The position numbers and the translations under genes were made by a program. A stretch of DNA of 64,000 bases, taken from Mobula hypostoma (lineage: Eukaryota). Below, piece by piece: positions 12,545 to 23,300 of this stretch (its first letter is position 1; the number at the start of each line of letters is the position of its first letter). The notes under the pieces were generated by a model, which saw only the letters and a program-made list of their open reading frames with translations, had not been told where the DNA came from and did not search any database. The stretch lies in assembly GCF_963921235.1 (NCBI RefSeq), contig NC_086109.1, positions 9,116,001 through 9,180,000 of the forward strand, read 5' to 3'.

Positions 12545-14331
12545 CTCTCACTCTCTCTCTTATTCCCATCCCAGAAAAGGGAATCTCGTAAGAGCAGTGG
12601 GAACATCAGAGACGGCGGACACCGCTCGAATAGATCCAGCAGTTCTGGCTCAGTGGCTGGCAGCACTGGTCGGGAACATGAACCCAGAGGAGACAGCACT
12701 GGTCGGGAACGTGAACCCAGAGGAGTCAGCACTGGTCGGGAACGTGAACCCAGAGGAGTCAGCACTGGTCGGGAACGTGAACCCAGAGGAGACAGCACTG
12801 GTCGGAAACGTGAACCCAGAGGAGACAGCACTGGTCGGGAACGTGAACCCAGAGGAGACAGCACCGGTCGGGTAAGTGAACACAGGTGGCAGCACCGGTC
12901 AGGTAAGTGAACCCAGAGGAGACAGCACTGGTCGGGGAGGTGAACCCAGAGATGACAGCACTGGTCGGGTAAGTGAACCCAGAGGTGGCAGCACTGGTCG
13001 GGAACGTGAACCCAGAGGAGTCAGCACTGGTCGGGAACGTGAACCCAGAGGAGACAGCACTGGTCGGAAACGTGAACCCAGAGGAGACAGCACTGGACGG
13101 GAACGTGAACCCAGAGGAGTCAGCACTGGTCGGGAAACGTGAACCCAGAGGAGTCAGCACTGGTCGGGAACGTGAACCCAGAGGAGACAGCACCGGTTGG
13201 GTAAGTGAACACAGGTGGCAGCACCAGTCGGGTAAGTGAACCCAGAGGTGGCAGCACTGGTTGGGTAAGTGAACCCAGAGGTGGCAGCACTGGTCGGGGA
13301 GGTGAACCCAGAGGTGGCAGCACTGGTCGGGTAAGTGAACCCAGAGGTGGCAGCACTGGTCGGGTAAGTGAACCCAGAGGTGGCAGCACTGGTCAGGTAA
13401 GTGAACCCAGAGGAGACAGCACTGGTCGGGTAAGTGAACCCAGAGATGACAGCACTGGTTGGGTAAGTGAACCCAGAGGTGGCAGCACTGGTCGGGGAGG
13501 TGAACCCAGAGGTGGCAGCACTGGTCGGGTAAGTGAACCCAGAGGTGGCAGCACTGGTCGGGTAAGTGAACCCAGAGATGACAGCACTGGTCGGGTAAGT
13601 GAACCCAGAGGTGGCAGCACTGGTCGGGGAGGTGGCAGCCCTGGTTGGGGAGGTGAACCCAGAGGTGGCAGATGCTGAACCTTTGCTGCGGAGGGTTGCA
13701 ATCTCAGCCAGCTCCATTGTGGGCACTGGACTCCCCAACATCAAGGACACCTTCACAAGGCTGTGCCCTCAAAAAGGTGGCGTCCATCATTAAGAAGCCC
13801 CTCCACCTGGGACATACCCTCTTCTCATTGCTACCACTAGAGAAGGAGGTACAGGAGCCTGAAGACACACACTCCATGTAACAGGAACAGCTACTTCCCC
13901 TCCACCAAAGGTTTCTGAGTGGACAATAGGTCCATGAACTCAACCTCATTAATTTTACTCTTTTTGCACCACTTATTTAAATTTTTGATACATTTCTCAT
14001 TGTAATTCATAGCTTTTTAAAATGTATTACGCTGTAACTCTCCCCTCACTTTCTCCGACAAAAGCATCAAATGTCTCCCCACCCACACCCCCACCGCCAT
14101 GCAAGCAATAGCATGATCTAGAGGCCGTCAAGAACTGCAGTCCACCCCAACACTTCGACGTCTCAGACAGGCTGTCTCTCACTAACGAGGGAGAGGGATA
14201 GCGGGCTCCTGCCACAACGAGAGAGGAGACCAATGCTGTTTCGATGTTCAATCTGCCGCATTGCTTGTCTGAATTCCCCCAACTTGAGGACCAGCAGACT
14301 CAGTCACGAAGTCTTTCAGTCTCAGTCTCGG

Positions 14332-14363
<32 letters not shown>

Positions 14364-17300
14364 TCTCTGTCTCTCTCTCTCTCTGTCTCTCTCTATACAC
14401 TGCTTGCTCTCTCGATGTTTCAATCTCCTGCGATGCCTCAGTTGACGACATCGATGAGGAATTGGGTCGTCCACAGGGCTGCACTCGAAAGCTTGCGTCT
14501 TCCGGGCCGCTGCTGGAGATACCGAAACGGCAGCCTGCTCGGCGAGCTCCGAGAGCGAGGGCCCCGCTGCCCGTGAAGAACCGTAGTTTGAGCTGCAGCT
14601 GTAGATCATGGACTCTGACAGGACCCCAGTCACTTTGGAAAATGTGCCAAGTTGTATGACGCGGGCGATCAGTACCAATTCCAGTATCAGTCTGGAGGCC
14701 AGTGAAGAAGTGTGTTGGAAAATGGCAATGGCTGTCTTATGGTGCATCTCCAGACTTGATCAAGGCCACACTCCGGAAGCTTCCTTTAATTTGTTCCAAG
14801 CTGGTGGGTATCTGAGATCTTTTCAGTTTTTGCTTTGAGGTAAATGGAATATATTAAAACTAGCAGGTTCTGCGGTGATTGCAGGCTGGATCTGAGTTTG
14901 TGTTATCTGTCCATCTCGGGCTCCGGTCCCAGCACTGAGTCATCCCTCAGCCAAGGACTATGTGAGCCTCTCCTCGGGAGGGCGAGGGGAGGCAATGATG
15001 TACAAGGTCTCGTGCAGAGTTTGTCATACTGCCCTGGGTTTTGGTAGCCGAGAGGAACCGGCTGTTCCCATTTAAGAACGTAACAGGCCCTTCAATACAT
15101 CCAATCACAACTGGTCATACTGGCTTATGCAGTCCAATCCAATCTCAGCACTGAGGTTACGTTAACGCTAGGACTTCATAGAACAGCACAATAAAGGCAC
15201 TTCGGCCCACAATGTTGTGCTGACCTTTTAACCCACTCCAAGATCAATCTAATCTTTCCTTCCTACACTCCCTTCATTTTTCTTTCATCTATGTGTCTAA
15301 GGGTCTCTTGTATGTCTCTAATATATCTGCATCTACCACCAGCTCTGACAGTGCATTCCACGTACACACCACTCTCTGTATAAAAAAATATTTCTGACAT
15401 CAATCCTGGGAAGAAGTCTCTGACTGTCTACTCTATTTGTGTATCTTTTCATCTAATATACCTCTATCAAATCACCTCTCATCCTCCTTTATTCTTGGGC
15501 CCAATAGAGAGGAGAGACCTGAAGTTTGATGGATATAAGCACTGGGCTGAATTGGAAAGATTAGGTACGGGCCGAGATGAGGCAGTGGGACCCGGATCAG
15601 AGCGTATCGAAGTGGCAGGGCCCAGCTCTGAGAGCGGGGACTGATCCGAAGCTTGGATGATTTAAGTGCCGGTCCAGATCGAAAAGGTCAGGGTGTCAGG
15701 ACCAGAGGCGAGGGACGGGCCGGTGTTCAGCTCACTGCTCTGTGAGATTTACTCATCTCTGTGCTGAACCGAGGCTGCGGCCTGCAGCTAATGGACTCCT
15801 GGATCAGCTGCTGGTTTTGTGGCTGTGAACTCACTTTTGTGATCTTCCGTTCTGAATGGTAGTTGCTTACTTTGCACATTGGGTGTCTGATGGTCTTTTT
15901 CTAATGGGTTGTACTGGACTTCTTTGTTTTGTGGCTGCCTGTAAGGACACGAATCTCAAGATTCTATACAGTATACATACCTTGCAAATAAATGTATTTT
16001 GAACTTTGATTGAGTTGGTTGCCCTCTCCGTGTTTGTTTGCCTTTCTGCCCCCTCTCTCCCCCTCATCCCCTCTCTCCCCCTCATCCCCTCTCTCCCCTC
16101 TCCCCCTCTCCCTCATCCCCTCTCCCCCCTCTCTCCCACTCCCCTCATCCCCTCTCCCCCCTCATCCCCTCTCCCCCCTCATCCCCTCTCCCCCCTCATC
16201 CCCTCTCTCCTCCTCATCCCTTCTCTCCTCATCCCCTCTCTCCTCATCCCCTCATCCCCTCATCCCCTCTCCCCATCTCCCCCCTCTCCCCCTCTCCCCA
16301 TCCCCCCTCTCCCCCTCTCCCCATCCCCCCTCTCCCCCTCTCCCCATCCCCCCTCTCCCCCCTCTCCCCATCTCCCCCTCTCCCCCTCTCCCCCCTCATC
16401 CCCTCCCCCCTCATCCCCTCCCCCCTCATCCCCTCCCCCCTCATCCCCTCCCCCCTCATCCTCTCCCCCTCCCCTCTCCCCCTCCCCTCTCCCCATCCCC
16501 TCTCCCCCATCCCCTCTCCCCACCTCCCCCTCTCCCCCATTCCCCCTCTTCCCACCCTCATCCCCTCTCCCCCTTCCCCCTTCCCCCTCCCCCCTCCCCC
16601 CTTCCCCTTCCCCCCTCTCCCCACCCTCATCCCCTCTCCCCACCATCCCCTCTCCCCCCTCATCCCTCTCCCCCCTCATCCCCATATCCCCTCATCCCCT
16701 CACCCCCCTCTCCCCCTCCCCCTCTCCCCCTCCCCCTCTCCCCCTCCCCCTCTCCCTCCTCATCCCCTCTCCCCCCTCCCTCCCCCTCTCCCTCCCCTCT
16801 CCCTCTCCCTCCCCCTCCTCCTCCCCCTCATCCCCTCTCCCCCTCCCCTCTCCCCCTCCCCTCTCCCCCTCCCCTCCCCCTCCCCTCTCCCCCTCCCCTC
16901 TCCCCCTCCCCTCTCCCCCTCCCCTCTCCCCCTCCCCTCTCCCCCTCCCCTCTCCCCATCCCCCCTCCCCCCTCATCCCCTCCCCCTTCCCCCTCATCCC
17001 CCTCTCCCCCTCCCCTCTCCCCCTCTCCCCCTCATCCCCTCATCCCCTCATCCCCTCATCCCCTCTCCCCCCTCATCCCCTCTCCCCCCTCTCCCCCTCT
17101 CCCCCTCTCCCCCTCTCCCCCTCTCTCCCTCTCTCCCTCTCCCCCTCTCCCCCTCATCCCCCCTCATCCCCCCTCATCCCCCCTCATCCCCCCTCTCCCC
17201 CTTCCCCCTCATCCCCCTCTCCCCCTCCCCTCTCCCCCTCTCCCCCTCTCCCCCTCATCCCCCTCCCCTCTCCCCCTCTCCCCCTCTCCCCCTCTCCCCC

Positions 17301-20300
17301 TCTCCCCCTCTCCCCCTCTCCCCCTCTCCCCCTCATCCCCTCATCCCCTCATCCCCTCTCCCCCTCATCCCCTCTCCCCCCTCATCCCCTCTCCCCCCTC
17401 ATCCCCTCTCCCCCCTCATCCCCTCTCCCCCCTCTCCCCCTCTCCCCCTCTCTCCCTCTCTCCCTCTCTCCCTCTCCCCCTCATCCCCCCTCATCCCCCC
17501 TCATCCCCCCCATCCCCCCTCTCTCCCTCTCCCCCTCATCCCCCCTCTCCCCCTCTCCCCCTCTCCCCACCCTCATCCCCTCTCCCCCTCCCCTTCCCCC
17601 TTTCCCCTCCCCCCTCCCCTCCCCCTTCCCCCTTCCCCTTCCCCTCCCCCCTCCCCCTCCCCCTCCCCCCACCCTCATCCCCTCTCCCCACCATCCCCTC
17701 TCCCCCTCTCCCCTTCCCCTCTCCCCCTCTCCCCCTCTCCCCCTCTCCCCCTCTCCCCCTTCCCCCTCCCCCTTCCCCTTCCCCCTCCCCATCCCCTCTC
17801 CCTCATCCCCTCTCTCCCCCTCATCCCCTCTCTCCCCTCTCTCCCCTCTCTCCCCTCTCTCCCCTCTCTCCCCTCTCTCCCCTCTCCCCCCTCTCTCCCC
17901 CCTCTCTCCCCCCTCTCTCCCCCCTCTCCCCCCTCTTCCCTCTCTCTCCCCTCTCTCCCCCTCTCTCCCCCTCTTCCCTCTCTCTCCCCCTCTCTCCCCC
18001 TCTCTCCCCCCTCTCTCCCCCTCTCTCCCCCCTCCCCCCCTCTCCCCCTCTCCCCCCTCCCCCCCTCTCCCCCCTCCCCCCCTCTCTCCCCTCCACCATG
18101 TACCCTCTCTTGCTTCTCTCTTCCTGTGGGTCTCTCCAACCAGTGGTTTCTGAGGGTCAGATGTTCAGCTGAGCTGTGGACTTGGGCAGATTTAGTACTG
18201 GTCACCACAGAGTTGCCACCTCTCTGGATTCGCCATCAGTGGCATCAATACTTCAGAGTAAATCTGATGAAGGTTCTTGGGCCGAAATGTCAACTGTTTA
18301 TTCCTCTCCATCAATGCTGCCTGACCTGCCGAGTTCCCCCAGCACTTTGTGCGTGTTGTTTCACAGTGAACGATTCTCCTGGCTTTGAACACAAGCTGTA
18401 GTGAGTTGTGATGTGGGCATGCCAGCAGCTCCGACTTCATTGGGAGTTTGAGGACATTCGGTACGCCGCCAAAGACTTGCAAATTTCTACGGATGGGCGG
18501 CTGGTATGGAGACGCCAACGCTCAGGAGCAGTAGAAGTTTGTAAACTCGGCCAGTTCCATCACAGGCCCAACCCTACCCACCATGAAAGATATCTTTTTA
18601 GATTAGATTAGATTAGATTCAACTTTATTCTCATTGTACCGAGTACAGATACAAAGCCAATGAAATGCATTTAGCATCTGACCAGAAATGCAAAGAATAG
18701 TGTTATTTACAAAATAACTGCGAATAAAAGAAGTGCTACAGCACACAAATATAAAAGTACTGAGACAGTACAATATGGGTACAATACTGCTTAGCGCTGT
18801 GGTCTGAGGTTCAGCAGGGTCACAGCCTCAGGGAAGAAGCTCTTCCTGAGCCTGCTGGTGCGGGAGCGGAGGCTCCTGTAGCGCCTACCGGATGGGAGGA
18901 GAGTAAAAAGTCCATGGTTAGGGTGAGATGCATCCTTGATAATGCTTTTCGCCCTGCCCAGGCAGCGTTTATGGTAGATGTTCTCAATGGTGGGCAATTG
19001 GGTGCTGATAATCCGCTGAGCAGTTTTCACTACACACTGGAGTGCTTTCCGGTCTGATACTGGACAATTACCATACCGCACTGAGATGCAGTTGATGAGT
19101 ATGCTCTCAATGGTACAGCGGTAAAAGTCCGTCAGTATCCTGGGACAGAGGTGAGCTTTCTTCATGCTCCACAGGAAATAAAGGCACTGTTGCGCCCTTT
19201 TGATCGGGATGGAGGAGTTCAGGGACCAGGTGAGATCCTCGGAAATGTGGACACCAAGGAACTTGAAGCTTGATACACGCTCCACTACAGCTCCGTTGAT
19301 GTAGACAGGGACATGAGTGTGACTCCTGGCATGCCTGAAGTCCACAATGATCTCCTTGGTCTTCAAGAAGCTGTGCCCTCAAGAAGTTAAGGACCCTCAA
19401 TACTCAGTACATGCCCTCTCCTCATTACTACCATCAGAGAGGAGGTAGAGGAGCCTGAAGACGTTGTTTCTTCCCCTCCACCTTTAGACTTGTGAAAGTT
19501 GAGCAAACCATAAACAGCATCTGGAACATGGACCTCTACAGACAGTATAGTCCCTCCAGCCCACCGTGTTATGCTGACCCTTTAACCTACGCTAAGATCA
19601 GTCTAACACTTCTCTCCTGCATAGCCCTCATTATTGTATCATCCATGTGCCTATCTAAAATCTTACTAATTTTTTTGCACTATTTACATTCTTTGTCACT
19701 TACAGTAGTATTTGTGTCTTTTGCCATGTACTGCAAAGTCATGAAACAGCAGGTCTGAGAGGACGCCACAGTATTGTGGAGGTTAGTGTGATGCTATTAC
19801 AGCTCGGGGCATTGGAGTTCGGAGTTCAAATCTGGCACCCTCCGTAAGAAAGTTTGCACATTCTTCCCTTGTGCATGTGGGTTTCCTCCAGGTGCTCAGG
19901 TTTCCTCCTACAGCCCAAAGGTGTACCGGTTAGTAGGTTAATTAGTCATTGTAATTTGTCCTGTGGTTAGTCTAGTGTTAATATTGGTTTGCTGGGTGGT
20001 GTGGCTCTTGGGCCAGAAGGGCGTGTTCTGTGCTATATCTCTAAATAAAAGAAATAAATTTTTTAAAAAACACCGTATTTTACTCCATACAAGACAGTGA
20101 TAATAAAGCTAATTCTGATTTTGATGTTGGTTTAACTCTCAGACTGGGAAGGACGATCTTGCAAGAGAGCTCTCCAGATCCAGTGCCCTTTCCGAGAGAG
20201 AAAGGCAAAGGAGGCAGAGACACAGGGAAAAGCGTTCGGCTGCGATCCTCGCCAAGAGGGACAAGCTGATGAAGGTACACTTGGCTTTCTCTGATGATCA

Positions 20301-23300
20301 TTTGTAGGAAAAGACTTGCAGCTGTGATTGCCTTTGGAACTGTGGGATTGCTGATAGGAAAGGCATCCGAACAGGGTGCAGGGTTAATATGTGGTATTGA
20401 GCTTTCATAGTCGAGGGGCTGAGCAGAGGAAATTAGGTGGGCACTGGGGTCAGTCTGGACTGTTTGGGCTGAAGGGCCTGTACCCATGCTGGGTTGCTCT
20501 ATGATTCTATGATTAACTACAGTTGCAGGAAACAGTCTGTGAACCCTTTGCTATTACCTGGTTTTCTGCATTTATTACTCATAAAATGTGGTCTGATCTT
20601 CAGCTAAGTCACAATAACAGACAAATGCAATCTTCCCAAGCAATTGTACTTCTCATGTCTTTAATGAACACAATCATTCATAGTTCAGGCTGGAAGAAGT
20701 ATGTGAACCCTTGTATTTAATAACTGGTAGAACATCCTTTAGCAGCAGTAATCTCCACCAAACGTTTCCTGTAGCTGTAGATCAGACTTGCACAGCGGTG
20801 AGGGGGAATTTTAGATCAATCTTCCGTATAAAACAGTTTAATTCTTCAATATTTCTGGGATACATTACTCAGGGCTCCCCAACCTTTTTTGCACCGCGGA
20901 CCGGTTTAATATTGACAATATTCTTGCAGACCGGCCATCGGGGTGGGTTGGGGGGGGTGCGGGTGTTCAAGTAGGAGTAAACTCACCTCAGCATGTCTTT
21001 TACAGTTAGGGTTGCCAACCTTCTCACTCCCAAATAAGGGAGAAAAGTAGCAGTCAAATCCCAGGACACTTCACCCCGGGAAAGACTACCATGACCATGA
21101 AGCCTTGCGCGGGCACCTGTGTGCGCATACGTGTCGTGCGCATGCGCGTACGTGCCGATTCCCCCCCCACAAATTGGTTTTGCCTTCATCTTCCTGACTA
21201 TACTGTACATACATTACTTCTACTTTATATAGGCTGTGTATTTATCATATCATTCCTGCTTTCACTATATGTTCGTGTTATTTTAGGTTTTATGTGTTAT
21301 TTGGTATGATTTGTTGGGTTATTTTTTTGGGTCTGGGAATGCTCAAAAAATTTTCCCATATAAATTAATGGTAATTGCTTCTTCGCTTCATGCCATTTCG
21401 GCACGAAAGGTTTCATAGGAATGCTGTACCATATGGGACAAGGGCGGTCCCGTATGGGACAAACCAGTTTAGCCCAATATACGGGATGTCCTGGCAAATA
21501 TGGGACAGTTGGCAACCCTATGTTCAAGTTCAACAGGGCGTGACAAGGAATGAGGAAAGATGCGGCTGATTCATATCGTTTCCTCGCGGCCCAGTAGCAC
21601 ATGCTTTGCGGCCCAGTACCGGTCCACGGCCTGGTGGTTGGGGACCACTGCCTTACATGAACTGCCCTCTTCAGTCATGCCACAGCATCTCAATTCGGTT
21701 AAGGTCTGGACTCTGACCATTCCAAAACACAAATTTTCTTCTTTTTAAACCATTCTGTTGCTGATTTACTCTTGTGTTTTGGATCGTTGTCTTGCTGCAT
21801 CATTCAACCTATTAAGCTGCAGGTGACAGACCGCTACCCTGACATTCTCCTGTAAATTCTTGTATATTCTTTATACAATTTTGAATTTATTGTTCCCTCA
21901 ACGATTGCAAGCTTTCCAGACCCTGAGGCGGCAAAGCAGCCCCAAACCAAAATGCTCCTTTCACCGTGTTTCACAGTTGGGCTGATGTTTTGGTGTTGGT
22001 GTGCAGTGCCCTTTTCCCTCCAAACATAACAGTGTGCATATCTGCCAAAAAGTTCCAACTTTTATCTCACCTGTCCACAGAACATTGTCCCAGAAGCATT
22101 GTGGAACATCCAGGTGGTCTTTTGCAAACGTGAGACGTGCAGCAATGTTTTTTTTGGAGAGCAGTGAGTTTACCCTGTGATGGCCTTCCATGAACACCAT
22201 TCTTGTTCAGTGTTTTTTTATATAGTCAGTTCTAGAGATTTCCACAGGTCTTTTGCTGTTCATTTTCACCTTCAGCATTGCACGTTGTGCTGTTGGTGTG
22301 ATCTTTGCAAGATATCCACTCTTAGGGAGAGCAGCAACTGTACTGAGTTTTCTCCATTTGTAGACAATTTCTCTTACTGTGGACTGATGAACACTCAGGT
22401 CTTTAGAAATGCTTTTGTAGCTTTTTCCAGCTTCATGCATCTCTACAATTCTTCTAAGGTCCTATGAAAATTGTTTTGATCGAGCCATGGTGCACATAAA
22501 CAGATCTTTCTTGAGAAGAGCAGGCTGTCAGTAACCTGACTTAGTTTGTCTTTTTTATATGGCAGGGCACCTCTACAACCCACATCTCCAATCTCATCTC
22601 ATTGACGGGAACACCCGACTCCAAATAGCAGTACCCCAGAGGTTCACATACTTTTTTGAATGTGGACTGTGATTGTTTAAATGGTGTACTCAGTACTGAC
22701 AAGAAGAAGTACAATTGTTTGTGTGTTATTAGTTTAGGTAAATTGTGTTTGTCTATTATTGTGACTTAGATGAAGATCAGACCACATTTACTTATACTTT
22801 ATACTTTATTGTCGCCAAACAATTGATACTAGAGTGTACAATCATCACAGCGATATTTGATTCTGTGCTTCGCGCTCCCTGGAGTACAAATCGATAGTAA
22901 ATAGTAAAAATTTAAATTATAAATCATAAATAGAAAAATGGGAAGTAAGGTAGTGCAAAAAAAAACCGAGAGGCAGGTCCGGATATTTGGAGGGTACGGC
23001 CCAGATCCGGGTCAAGATCTGTTCAGCAGTCTTATCACAGTTGGAAAGAAGCTGTTCCCAAATCTGGCCGTATGAGTCTTCAAGCTCCTGAGCCTTCTCC
23101 CGGAGGGAAGAGGGACGAAAAGTGTGTTGGCTGGGTGGGTCGTGTCCTTGATTATCCTGGCAGCACTGCTCCGACAGCGTGCGGTGTAAAGTGAGACCAA
23201 GGACGGAAGATTGGTTTGTGTGATGTGCTGCGCCGTGTTCACGATCTTCTGCAGCTTCTTCCAGTCTTGGACAGGACAACTTCCGTACCAGGTTGTGATG

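Noticed and set aside
12657..13672. CRISPR-like appearance of regularly spaced repeats
   Set aside because: Head-to-tail tandem units without unique spacers; eukaryotic context; no cas genes
12484..13756. Multiple repeat ORFs on both strands
   Set aside because: By-products of a 33-bp period; only the + frame from 12575 has splice support
16006..18401. 700-790 aa Pro/Ser/Leu-rich ORFs and antisense Gly/Glu/Arg ORFs
   Set aside because: Artefacts of a C/T low-complexity tract that is open in all frames
18791..19366. 191-aa ORF as a host gene
   Set aside because: It is the C-terminal part of a Rex1/Babar LINE ORF
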